A stretch of DNA of 60,500 bases, the filler included, from Fonticula-like sp. SCN 57-25 (taxonomy: Eukaryota): assembly GCA_001724245.1 (NCBI GenBank). It is 10 parts of 10 records of this genome, joined end to end, with 100 filler letters (N's around TTAATTAATTAA, not from the genome) between each part and the next. Parts side by side here need not be neighbours in the genome. Positions count along the whole stretch, not along the records: positions 1 to 5,365 come from MEDX01000584.1; positions 5,466 to 11,820 come from MEDX01000585.1; positions 11,921 to 17,284 come from MEDX01000586.1; 7 more parts are not named here. One strand, given 5' to 3'. This document shows positions 1-12,013 of this stretch, piece after piece. Position 1 is the stretch's first letter. Each line of letters begins with the position of its first letter. The notes beneath the pieces were generated by a model. The model was not told the origin of the DNA. It did not search any database and saw nothing but the letters and a program-made list of their open reading frames with translations. The translations under genes and the position numbers were made by a program.

Positions 1-3000
1 CACTACTTGAACCTTAGCGCGTCCATGGTGAACAGTGCAGTTCGTTACAACCGCGGCAAGGTATGATCCTACTCCCCCTTTTTTTGCGTCGCCTATTGTT
101 GTGACCTAACCTGTGTCGTGCAGACTGGGATCCGCGCTACGTGGACAGCAGGTACCCTCACGTGTTTTGAAACTCACATGTTGGGAGCTGGTTATCGCGC
201 CTATGTCGCATTTGATTATGTGACCTGCGATACAAACGCCGACTGCACGAACAACGCGTGCGTCTGCAGGTCGGGCTACACTGGATCTGGATCTGTTGGC
301 AACTGCTACCGTGCGCAACTGCTCTCTCGTAAATCTATGCTAACGACGGCGCCTGCAGCGTCCACTTGTTCCGCGACCACGATGGCCAATGCCAATTTCC
401 CAGCCACGACTTCTGGCGCTACCGCTTCGGGCACATGTGTTAGCACTTTCCAGGGTTCAGTGTGGGCAACCTGCTCAAGCGGCGCCTGGGGAGCCGTTTC
501 TGGGCAATGCACAAGTGCGTGGACCCTTTCATTCGCGATTGAAAGATATTAACGCACGGCGTACTACAGAGATCACGTGTGCTGCTGATACAAGCGGCAG
601 CGTCGGAGGAGCCACGTATCCGGCAACCAATGCAGGAACCCAGGCTGCGGGTGTTTGCCTTTCTGGCTACTCTGGATCTTCGCTGCGCAGCTGCGGCGTC
701 ACCGGCGTGTGGGCCAATCCAAGCACATCGTGCAGCCGTACGCCTTATCCTGGGCCTTATCACGCTTTTCATTCGGTTTGCTTAGTGCTTTTTTGCAGGC
801 ATCTATTGCGGCGCTACCACTATTGGAACGGCCTCTTTCGTCTCCTCGCCTAGTTTGACTACGGTCACTGGCACGTGTGCGTCGGGGTATTCGGGCTCTC
901 CCACGGCAACTTGCACCGCTGCTGGCACGTGGTCTGGCGTCTCAAACCCGTGCATCCGTACGCATTCTCTGTGGTTGGATGCTGCTGCTCATGTGCTCGA
1001 TAGAAAACACATGCGCGGGCCACTCGGATGCTTCCAGGAACGTCGTTTGGCCAACCGCCTTGTCGTTTGCCGTGGCGACAGGCACCTGCAACGCTGGCTA
1101 CGACGGCGCCCCCCAACGCTCCTGCCAGGCTAATGGCCAGTGGAGCTCGACCGTTTCTGGCACATGCATTCGTGCGCGCGGGATATATTTGATTCTTTTT
1201 TACTCACTATGAAATAGAGCGCACTTGCAGCGCTGCTGCTGGGTATGACAATGCCAATTGGCCGCTCACGGGTGCTGGCAATACTGCCACCGGCATTTGC
1301 GCGTCGGGCTACTCGGGATCTCCGCAGCGCTCCTGCGAGCTGACCGGCGCCTGGTCACCAGCGGTCACAAACAACTGCGTCCGTGCGTATCTTTAAGCGT
1401 GGCTTGCGATGATTTCTCACTCTTGCAATGACCGAAAAGGCAACCTCTGTTTGGCCGTCACGTACAACAATGCTGTCTGGCCCGGCAACACGCTTTCCAA
1501 CACGGTGGCCACTGGTACTTGCGTCGCTGGCTTTTACGGCTCGCCTACCCGCCAGTGTAACGCGGACGGCTCCTGGGGAGCTATCAGCAATCCGTGCATC
1601 CGTGCGCTCGATAATTTGTTTCAATGATACGCTGCTAACTTTGTTGTGACAGAGATCTTTTGTTCTGCCTCTACGCAGTACAATGCCAATTGGCCCAGTA
1701 CTGCTGCCGGTACCACTAATGTGGAAGGCGTGTGCGTGTCCGGCTACTCTGGCCCTGTTCGCAGCAACTGCGACGTCTATGGCTACTGGACACCGTCCAG
1801 CCCATCGTGCACCCGTACGTCGCTCCGCCTATCTAAGATCAGTGACTGACACCCTGACAACAGGCAACACGTGCACCGGAAAGGTGGAAGACCACGCAAC
1901 GTGGAGCACAACACTCTCGCTGGAGCAGACAACGGGCGTCTGCGCAGCGGGCTATTCGGGCACGCCGCAGCGCACATGCGGGGCCGACGGCGTCTTTGGC
2001 GCGATCGTCAATCCGTGCAAGCGTACGCAGGCGGCATTATACGATCATTTGCGCTCACCCTTGGCTCCAGAGATTTTGTGCCCTCAGCGGACCGAGAACC
2101 AGGCGACGTGGCTGGAAACTGCTGCCGGTTCTTCCAATGTTGCGGGAACATGCAATCTTGGATGGGCTGGATCACCCAGCCGCTCGTGCGATTTGACCGG
2201 CAACTGGGGCTTGGTAACTGGCAGCTGCACTCGTACGGCCTTTTGCATGTCATATTGATACTGATACCGATTTCAGAGCTAAAGTGTACTGCGGTGAACG
2301 ATTCCAGCGCGCAGGCACTCTGGCCGGAAAAGATGGCAGGCGAAACGTCTGTGCTCGGCCAGTGCTATCCAAACACGTCCGGACAGCCTCGACGCGACTG
2401 CTTTTACAACGCAACGTGGTCGGAGGTCTTGAATCCCTGCTCGAGTACGCAGTGTTCCTGATACATTCCGTAGTAACTGTTATCTTTTAGCCAACCCCTG
2501 CGGCACCCTCACGAATGATCAGCATGCAAACTGGCCTTCCCCGGCGGTGGTCAACACCGTCGTGACAGGAACCTGTGTGGCCGGCTACGATACGACGCTC
2601 CCTGCGCCGTCGCGGCTGTGCAAGGCCGACGGCTCGTGGGATGCGGTCATTAGCAACCCTTGCCAACGTACGCCACTCGCGCGCCGCTTGATTTCGTTTG
2701 CTGATACTCGCGGATGTTGTAGCCCTGTACTGCACTCAGGACTCCGATTCGTACACGCCGTTCTCTGCCACCTGGCCCGAGTCGGTGCAGGCCGGCTTCT
2801 CCGCCACCGGCGTTTGCATCGCCGGCTACACCGGAACAACCGCGCGCACCTGCACGCTCGATGCCAAGTGGAGCACCCCGTCGCCGATTTGCCAGCAGAT
2901 CAAGTGCGCTGCTATTTCAAACGATGGAAACCAGGCGTCGTGGCCGCAGACCGGCGCCGGCAGCACGGCCACCGGCTCGTGCCTCCCCAACTACAAGGGC

Positions 3001-5365
3001 ACGCCGACGCGCGCTTGCTCCCTCACGGGCGAATGGGGCGCAGTTTCGAACCCTTGCGTCGGTACGCACAGCATTGGCCGCCTTGTCTGCGCTCATATCT
3101 CTGTCTCGCAGAGGTGACCTGCCCCGCTGTGGAGGAGGGTTCGGCGTCGTGGAACGAGACAACCTTTGGCCAGACCGTGTCGGGCACGTGCGTCAGCGGC
3201 TTTTACGGCACGGTGACGCGTACCTGCGCCGCGGGCGGTATCTGGCAGCCGATCGTCGGCACATGTGAACGTACGGCGCTGCTGATGGGAATATCAATGT
3301 AATGACTCACGGCATGTGCTTTTCAGGCGTGTCGTGCGCCGCGGAAACAGTCAACAACATTATCTGGGAGGCGACGACAGCAGGCTCGACCGCTACCGGA
3401 ACGTGCGTCATGGGCTACGGCGCGTCGTCGCAGCCGTCCCGCCCGTGCCAATCCAATGGCGTGTGGGGCACCGTTTTGGGCGCCTGTATTCGTGCGCAAT
3501 TCCCATTATTCCATGTGTGCACCTGCTCATTGTAAATTGTAGGGCTGCGTTGCCCCGCCGCCACGTACGAGCAAGCCACCTGGCCCGCAGTGGACTCGAT
3601 GACGTTTGGCGTGTTTGGCACGTGCATTGATGGATGGGCGGGAGCTCCGGTCCGCAACTGCACCGCATCGGGTCAGTACTCGGTCGAGGTCGCGAACCCC
3701 TGCCTGCGTACGCATCAATCAATTTATATTGTTTTTGCTCAGATAGTGGTTGATATAAACAGAGAAGCGCTGCCCGGCCGTCTCGGAAGTGAACGGCGAG
3801 TGGCCCGAAACGCTCGCGGGTGCACAGGCAGTGCCCGGTATCTGCCCGCCGGGTTCCTTTGGCGACGTCAATCGTGACTGCGACCTTAACGGATCATGGC
3901 GCCCAATCATGGGCGTCTGCTCGGGTACGTTGCTCACGCTGCTTGTGGCCACGCGGCTAATCGGCTCGTAGGTCGCCAATGCAGCGCCGCCTCGTTTAGC
4001 AACGCCGAGTGGCCCGCGTCGGCGGCGGGCAGCGTCGCTGCCGGTGTCTGCGACACCGGGTATGCGGGAAGCCCTTCGTGCGAGTGTGACTTGAATGGAT
4101 CATGGGGCGAGGTGTCCAATCCCTGCCTGCGTGCGTTGAGGGTTTTGAAACTTTGATATATTCTGACGCTCGCTTATATAGGTCTTGAGTGCGCCGCGAT
4201 TACCGAGGATAACGCGGATTGGCCAATGTCCGAGTCGCTGACGGTTGCGGCGGGCACTTGCCACCCCGGTTTCATCGGCAGCCCATCACGCTCGTGCAAT
4301 GCCAATGGCCTATGGGACACCATCTCTGATCCCTGCGAAGGTACGTCATGCACTCTGACGCTCGTGCTACGGCTGCTCACGCTCGTTTCGATTTCAGCCA
4401 TTTTCTGCCCCGCCGGTCTTGCTATGAATGCTCAGTGGGAGTCAACGCGCGCCGGCTTTACGGCTGTGGGCAACTGCACGGACGGTTATGTCGGGACGCC
4501 GCAGCGCGCCTGCCAACTGAACGGCCAGTGGAATTCAACCATCATCAACCCGTGCAGCGGTACGCAAATTCAAATGAGACTTCACGGACACTCAACATAC
4601 GCTAGTGTTTTATGAAAACTGCCCCTCGACGACGATTGATCGCACGTTCTTCCCCGAGGCGACGCCCGGCTCAAACAGCACGGGCAACTGCGCAACTGGC
4701 TACGAGGAGAACCCGAATGGCCCGCCCATTCGTCTCTGCCTTGCCAACGGCACCTGGGCCGAAGAGTACAGCAACCACTGCAAGCTGAGTACGATTGCGA
4801 GAATGAAGTGGCTCATATGCTGACGTTGCCTGCGATGTGCAGTCCCCATCGAGTCGGTTGGAAATGTTGCCAACTTGACCCTTGTCAGCAAGACGTCTAG
4901 CTCGGTCCTCCTTACCTGGGAGCTTATCGAGCGCTTCCCCAACACGACGTGCCGCATCGAGCTGGCTGTCGGCGCGGGCTCCTTTGTCATTGCCAACCTC
5001 AACAGTACGCAATTCAATGTGTGCTGTTTATTCTAATATTGTGTTTAGCCGCCGTCGACCTCAATACGACTGAGCTGATGGTCAACAACCTGCACGCGTA
5101 CACCGAGTACTCGTTCCGCGTGACGTCGCGCGACGTGTACGGCTACTACAACGATGACACGGGCGCCCTTCTTGTGACCACCACGTACATTCCTGGTACG
5201 TTTAGCGCGCCTTACTGCTCTGCGCTGCTCACACTTTGTACAGCCCCCGGTGCAATTCAGCTTGGTGAGTCGACCTCGACGTCGCTGTCGATCAGCTGGA
5301 CCGCCTCTGCCCTCGCCGAGATGTACAACGTCTACTACCGCCCCCTGACTGGCGCGCGCAATGTC
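1..5365 (+). CDS. Partial multi-exon extracellular/cell-surface protein: EGF-like domain, 21 tandem HRM(hormone-receptor)/sushi-like 4-Cys modules, then FN3 domains; open at both contig ends
   Basis: Hand-spliced through 24 GT-AG introns (e.g. 61-123, 311-358, 515-569, 738-798 ... 5196-5243) giving one open frame. EGF-like CDTNADCTNNACVCRSGYTG; repeat consensus C-x(7-10)-WP-x-T-x-AG-x4-G-x-C-x2-GY-x-G-x-P-x-R-x-C-x3-G-x-W-x5-PC; FN3 motifs SSSVLLTW and NNLHAYTEYSFRV. Confidence 0.85.
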
Positions 5366-5465
5366 NNNNNNNNNNNNNNNNNNNNNNNNNNNNNNNNNNN
5401 NNNNNNNNNTTAATTAATTAANNNNNNNNNNNNNNNNNNNNNNNNNNNNNNNNNNNNNNNNNNNN
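5366..5465. other. Artificial contig spacer (N44-TTAATTAATTAA-N44); repeated at 11821, 17285, 22740, 28188, 33631, 39472, 44887 and 50300
   Basis: Identical 100-nt N-padded linker with stops in all frames. Confidence 0.98.
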
Positions 5466-6393
5466 CCGCGGCCCGTCTGGCGCACGTAGTCGTTGTGGTC
5501 CTTTGCGATCTGGCCGCGGCGCTGCTGGCGACGCACGCTCTCCTCCTCGTCGACAAAGAGCACAACGAGGCGGAACAGCGGGCGGCCAAAGCGGTTGCGC
5601 AGCGGCGTGTTAAAGTAGTGCTTTCGCTGCTCCTGCATCTTGTCAAACAGCAGCTTGGTCGTGTCCACTTGGACTTCGGTGCGAGGGAAGCCGTCGACGA
5701 TCACGCCGCTCGTGTAGTCGCCTTTGAGCATCGACTCGAAGAGGAGCTCGAGCACGTACGCGTCGCCTACAGTGCAGTTAAACATGTTAGCAATGCTGTT
5801 TTGGTTATTGTGCATGCGATGCGCGCACTGATCATGACGCCCGAGTTGATCATCTGGCGCGTATTGTCGTTCTTGAGCAGATCAGAGATTACGATCGGCG
5901 CGTTGGTGATGCCGCGCGCGTGCTGAATAAAGGGTGTGTTGGTGCCTTTGCCGGCGCCTGGTGCGCCCATAAGCCAAACCACCTCTGACGGGAAGGTCAG
6001 ATTGTCCACGCCGTACTTGGCCTCCAGCCGCTTCCACACCGTGTTGAAGATAACGGCGGGATCCTTGATCTCGGCCATCCTAAAGATCGAAACGTCAGTC
6101 CGCCGCATCCCTCGCTGCAACACGTACGGCTGCATGCCGCTCATAACAGTGCCAGCCTGCGTCTCGTGCTTTTGCAGATTCAGCTCGACCGTCCCCGCCG
6201 GCATGTCGGCAGGATCCACCGGCTCGCTGTCCTTCACCGTCGCCGACTGGTACCTCACCTGCCCCGCCGCCGCCACAACTGCCCTAGGAAGAAAAGCTCG
6301 CGCATTCACCCCGCGAACGCGCGTCTGCGAAACCGCACCGGCCGCAGCGCGGAACGCCGATGCCGCGCGCGCTGCTCCCACAATCCGAAACAT
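5466..6393 (-). CDS. Atypical adenylate/nucleoside-monophosphate kinase with mitochondrial-type presequence; 3' truncated
   Basis: P-loop WLMGAPGAGKGT and IVDGFPRTEVQ; Arg/Ala-rich N-terminus MFRIVGAARAASAFRA; two short GT-AG introns. Confidence 0.85.
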
Positions 6394-7028
6394 GCCCGCA
6401 GAACCGTCACTGCTGCGACTGTTTTTTTTTTTTGAATCTTTTGATCCGTTGGAGTGTTCTGATTGGTCGAGCCGCATCGCTTCGTGCGAAAAATGGTCCT
6501 TTTCATATGGAACTGCGTATTGTTCACTTGTATAGCAAAGATATAAAACAACTTTAACATGTGGTCAGGTATGGAGCTTCGTTTAATAGTATTTATTTCT
6601 TGTGTGTTAATGAAGGAGGCGCACATAACGCGTGCGACCTTCATGTACAATGCCATTCATAAGGTATGTAACGTATAGGTGGGTACTCGAGATAGCGAGA
6701 GAGAGAGAGAGCAGAGAGATAAACGAAAAAGTAGAGAGAGATAGAGATAGCATAATATCAAAAATCATCAATATCTTTTGCTTAACACTCGAGAAGTGAA
6801 ACATCAATAGCGCGCACGATCCGAGCGACACGACCGGCCAACAAAAAACGGCCGACCGCCTCACCCTCAACGACGCAACAATTGCTTTTATACACAACCG
6901 CAAAGAATGAAGAACAAAAAACTACGAAAACTAAACCACCTTATGAGAAAAGGCAAACTCATGCACCGGTGGCAGTGCGACCGGCAAAACCGCAAAAATT
7001 TGCCGGCCGCACGCATTCCTTTTTTTCT

Positions 7029-8107
7029 CTACATGTTGACAACGTCAATCTCCTCCTCCTCGTCCTCGCCGATCTCGTCGTCCACGGCGGCAGGCTCGTC
7101 GAGCACCAAGACGGGCGACGACGAGCGCTGCTTGCTGGGCGACGCCACGTTTTTCCGGCGCGCAGTCTGCTTGCGCGAGCGGCGGATCTTTTGCGAGTCG
7201 TCGGGCGTTTCCCTCAAGGCGCCCTCAACCAATTCGTTCAAGGAGAGCAGCGTCGACTGGCTCTGCGAGCCGAGGTCGGCGCCGAGGATCGCCTCGGTGG
7301 AGGCGGACGTGCAGAGCAGCTTGGACAGGTTGCGAAGGGTGGCGGTGGGGGGGCGCCGCGTCAGCATGAGCACAGCGAGGCGGTCCTCGAGCTTGGAGCG
7401 CTTGCGATCGGGCGTCGACGGGATCGGCGTCGAGGGAGCAGTCGAGTTCGAGTCATCAGAGTCGCACAGGTTGCCGTCAACAACAAAGCCGTCGTCGGTA
7501 ACCGAGAGGCGGCGCTTGCGGGGCGTCGACGGCGCCTCGATCGTGGCGTGCTCAATCACCGTCATCGTCTCGACAATGGCGACAGAGTCTATCGTCTCCT
7601 CGTCATCGTCATCGTCCTCATCCTCGTCCTCATCAGAGCCATCGTCATAGTCCTCGTACATGTTGTCCTCGCACTCTTGTTCGTGTGCGGCCATCATGAG
7701 CTCGAGGGCCTCCTGGTCAATCTGATTGTTGTCGACGGCATGCTCGAGCTCAACAAGGAAAGAGCCGGGCACCTCAAAGTAGTAGGTGCCTTCCTCGTCC
7801 TGCTCAGACTCAAACTGCATGTCCAGGGGGGCAGGAAGGGGGGACGAGATCGCGGAAGAGTCTGGGGTAAAGTCTTCGCTGTAGTCGCTGCATGGCAGAC
7901 TGAAGACATTCGATGAGCAAAAAAGCACGCGGGACGAAAAGAAAGCAAGAAAAAGGGCGCACCTGTCGTCATAGTCGTCTTCTACGTCGCTGGACTCAAA
8001 GTTCAGGAACGAGAGAACCTCGCGCTCGCCGAGCGACTGCATGATCATGCTACGAAAGGTGGGTTAGCATTGAAAATGGAGGAAGAGCGCAACTTGTACC
8101 TAGCCAT
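7029..8107 (-). CDS. Acidic low-complexity protein of unknown function with S/T-P-x-K/R sites and NLS-like basic clusters
   Basis: ATG at 8107, introns starting GTACAA and GTGCGC, long ORF 7029-8048; motifs TPRKRR, TPDRKRSK, SPSK. Confidence 0.55.
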
Positions 8108-8915
8108 TCGTAGCTCCAAAGCGCGCTTGCAGGTGCACAAGCGTGGAGCGCCGAGCTACAAAGCACGTTGTCTGGAAAGAAAAAAGGCCACCAACAAAGA
8201 GGCTTTCGTGTTCAAGCCCTTGTTCTGGTGTCTTCCTTGTGCTTCTACAAGCGCGTGCGGAAAAACAGATGCCCTCACAACTCGGGCAAACTTCTGTTTG
8301 TCACACACAGCACCTCAACACAAACGGTCACACAAGCGCGGTTTCAGCTACACCAATTCACAGAGCAAGCGAGCTAGTGAGGGCGAGCCTTCTTCCGATG
8401 CCGGGGCAAACACGCGTGCTTTAGTGGTAGAGAGGAAGAGAGAGGGAGGAAAAAGAAAAGAACTTTGAACGAAGCCATATGTGCGAAAGAGCCAAGTGAA
8501 CACGCCATTTTCGTCTCACCATAGCAAAATCAATCCAATATAAATCATGTTCCCGATCGCGCCACATGAGGATTGCTTGCCGGATCACTTGGCACCCGTG
8601 GCATCCCAATTAGCCTTGCCAAGCCGAGGCACAGGCCTGCCACAGCAAGGTGGAACTTTTCCTAGTCAACAGGCCTGCCGCAGGGCTGCGACCACAGCAA
8701 TAAGCGAAACCCCGAGCAGACCCCGAGCCCCCAAACATACTCTTTTTGACGCGCGTTTATTGCGTGACGCGCGCGCACGCGGTGCACTCGAAAACATCCG
8801 CTGCCGTTGACAAGCCGCGCGAGACCTTTTTATAGCGCTGTTCAAGCTCGTATAGGGCTTTTTTGTTGTACCCTTCTCTGAAGTGTCAGTGGGCGGGTAG
8901 AGATTTCTAGAGGTG

Positions 8916-10204
8916 ATGCCGTCATTGAATGCCGGCGTCGAGGCGATGACGCGCGTGATTGCGACGCCCAACGGGCATCATGGCCACAAGATGGACAAGA
9001 TCGACGAGCTTTTTCCGCGCGCGAATTCGGTCGTTGTCTCGCATGACAACGTGGTGGAAGGCGCGCGCTCGGTCGTGTCGCACTTTTTCCCCGATTGGCC
9101 GCAGGACGACCGGCTGGTGTGCACGCAGTTCACGCATGGCATCACCAACAAGCGTACGCACTCTTTTCCGGGAATCCCTTTCGAGCGCTTTCTAACACTC
9201 CTTTTGCGTGAATAGTGGTCCATTGCAAGCGGACTGATACGGGCGACTCGCTGCTTGTCCGCGTGTACGGACGCAACTCTGAAATCCTTATCGACCGCGG
9301 CCAGGAAGTCATCGTGCGCACGCGCCAAGCGCCTTTAAACCTGCCACTAAACGTGCTCTTTTCGCATTTTTCTCAGAATATTTTCACGTTGAGTCACGAA
9401 GGGTTCGCGCCGCCGCTTTATGGGCGATTCAAGAATGGCATTGTGTACGGCTTCACGCCCGGCCGCCCCTTCTCTGTCGATGACATGGCGGACGATCGCC
9501 TGTCGCGCCTCGCCGCGCGCCGCCTCGCCGAGTGGCACACTGTCCCTGTGCCCGGCGACCGCGCGCCGTCGCTCTTCACGACGATCCGCGCGTGGCTCGC
9601 GCAGGTGCCGAGCGAGTACGCCGACGCCGGCAAGGCCGCGTACCTGCAGAAGCATCTCTCGATGGCGCAGGTGCACGCCGACCTGGACGAGCTGCAGCGC
9701 GACCTTGAAGCGCTCGCCGCGCCCGTCGTGTTTGGGCACAACGATCTCCTCTCGGGCAACGTCATCGTCGACCCCAAGGAGGAAAGCGTTTCTTTTATCG
9801 ATTTTGAGTATGCAAACTACACTTTCCGCGGGTTTGATATTGCAAACCATTTCTGCGAGTTTGCCGGTTTTGACTGCGACTATTCAAAGTACCCGTCGCG
9901 CGAGTTTCAGTTGGTGTGGCTCAGAGAGTACCTCGAGTCGGCCAACAAGACGCCGCCGACCTGCGAGGAGGTCGAGCGGCTGTACACTGAGGTGGCCAAG
10001 TTTGCGCCGGTGCGTGCCACTTTTTAGATATAAAAACCGGTTTCTTACATTGTTTTTTCTTGTTTTTCTTTCCAGGCGTCGCACTTTTTCTGGGCAATTT
10101 GGGCACTCGTCCAGGTACAGATCTCTGATCTCGATTTTGATTATGCCGAGTTTGCCGTGATGCGGTACCAGCAGTTCCGCGTCATGAGGCAAATTCAGTG
10201 CTGA
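8916..10204 (+). CDS. ETNK: Ethanolamine/choline kinase
   Basis: GITNK, LVRVYG, Brenner motif FGHNDLLSGN, FIDFEYA, FDIANHFCEFAG, SHFFWAIWA; three introns. Confidence 0.92.
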
Positions 10205-10495
10205 GTGCACATGCTGCCGCGCGGCTTTGAGGGCTGCCTGCAGGGTGTACTTTAGAGTGTGAGTGCGGTGTGCCATAGAGCATGGCCGCGGCGTGGCGTC
10301 GGCACACGTTAGTTTGCCGACATCACCTAGTCATTTCATTCTTATTATATTCATGTTTGTTCATCATTTTTACAATTCTAATCGATTCATTTAAATGACA
10401 CGCAAATGCCATACGCACAAACCGCACATTTACACTGCACGCAATCCACGCAATCTACACAATATACACTTGAGTATTAGTCCCCCATATTCCAA

Positions 10496-11022
10496 CTACT
10501 CGGACGAAGAAGGGAGAATCTCGTTGTGGCGGAAAAACTCGCGAAGACCGTACACACTCTTGTGATAGTCAAACTTGTATATCTTTACCCGCCCGTTGGC
10601 CACGCCGTTCTAGCAGCATCCCGGTCAGCGAGACGCAGCATGGTCCACAAGCATCGTACCTCTGTCACCGGGACAAACACCTCGACTGAGGGCAGCTGCG
10701 ACGGCGCCCTCGACCTGCAAAAGTCCTCTGCCTCTGCGCAGTTCACCTGCAGGAAAATGACCTTTTTATAAAACTCTGCGGACGCGAGCTTGAGCTGCTC
10801 CTCAAAGGCGTGGCATCCCGCCTCGCCTGGGACCATGAGCGAAACGACGACCGGTCGACCGACGCGCAGCACGCGCTTAAACATCTGCTCGCCCGACCAA
10901 AAGATCCGAAAGTCCGGCGTCTTTACGCGCGGGATGCCGAGGTAGTACCGCGAGGTCGCCTCGAGCGTGTCGCGCCATCCGCCGGCCGCCGCGCCCGCCA
11001 CATCGTTCGCACCTGTGGACAT
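10496..11022 (-). CDS. Small thioredoxin-fold-like protein lacking CxxC
   Basis: PVVVSLMVPGEAGCHAFEEQLKLASAEFYKKVIFLQVNC...LPSVEVF follows the Trx beta-alpha pattern; one GTACGA..TAG intron. Confidence 0.55.
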
Positions 11023-11127
11023 GCTGTCACAAGCATGTGCACAGGCGATCTGACGCCTGTGACAGCTTTTACACACCACCCGACACGTGCCGTGTGGTGG
11101 AGGAAGGATCCCTGCAGGCAAGGAAAA

Positions 11128-11731
11128 ATGCTGCGCAGCCTTGTGTCCCGCTCGGGCGCCATTTCGCGCGCCGCCGGCGCCTTGAGCGCTAGCACCGCGT
11201 CGGCCGCGCCGCGCGGTCTCATCCCGCGCGCTCGTCTCTATTCGACCGCGGGCGGCCATGGGCATCATGCCGCCACCGAGGAGGCGTCCGGCCGCCGGCT
11301 AGCGACGGCTGCCCTCGTTACGGGATCTGTTTTTCTTGGCCTTTACATGTCGTCGCCTGACGCGTCCGAGCGCAAGGTGGCGCGCAGGAAGGCCACGCCG
11401 GTAGCCCCGGCGGCCGCTGAGGAGCCCGCCGAGGAGGCCGCTACGCATGTCGTAGAGACCAAGGTCGCCGTGCCCGAGAAGAAGGTCGAGGCTGTTGTCG
11501 TTAAGCGTGCGTCTATTATTCCCCCTTTTCTCTCTTTTCTTTCTTTTTTATTGACTTTATGGCCGAACAGCCAAGGCTGAGGAGGAGACCGTCGAGGTTC
11601 TGCTTGTCCTTTCGGATGCCGCCGTCGAGGATGAGGAGACGGGCGAGCTCATTTCAGAGTCGTCGTGGGAGGAGCGCCGCATCGTTTCGGTGCTCGCCGA
11701 CGACGGAGACGACGTTGTTGACGACGAGTAG
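11128..11731 (+). CDS. Mitochondrial-targeted single-pass membrane protein with acidic C-terminus, function unknown
   Basis: Presequence MLRSLVSRSGAISRAAG...RARLYS, TM LATAALVTGSVFLGLYM, one intron ending at 11570. Confidence 0.65.
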
Positions 11732-11920
11732 AAGGTAGCAAATAAGAAACCAATGGTAGACGCTGCTTTTTGTTTGTTTCATGTTTGGCAAGCAGCAGCC
11801 GCAATGCCAAGATCAGGAGANNNNNNNNNNNNNNNNNNNNNNNNNNNNNNNNNNNNNNNNNNNNTTAATTAATTAANNNNNNNNNNNNNNNNNNNNNNNN
11901 NNNNNNNNNNNNNNNNNNNN

Positions 11921-12013
11921 ATCGAGTTCTGGCGCTCGCTCCCTGGCCTCATCAAGGACGGCTGCGTCTTCTCCTGGAGCAAGATCACCGGCCTCTGCCG
12001 CGGCTCCAACTAG
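11921..12013 (+). CDS. C-terminal fragment of a cation-dependent mannose-6-phosphate receptor/ATG27-family protein
   Basis: IEFWRSLPGLIKDGCVFSW is typical of the family's cytoplasmic tail; truncated by contig start. Confidence 0.6.
   Translation: MEFWRSLPGLIKDGCVFSWSKITGLCRGSN

Noticed and set aside
118-5413. Apparent frameshifts and stops in the repeat gene suggesting recoding or a pseudogene
   Set aside because: All are resolved by canonical GT-AG introns; no sign of stop-codon reassignment
5410-5421. TTAATTAATTAA repeated nine times at roughly regular spacing
   Set aside because: Artificial linker within N runs; not a CRISPR array or biological repeat
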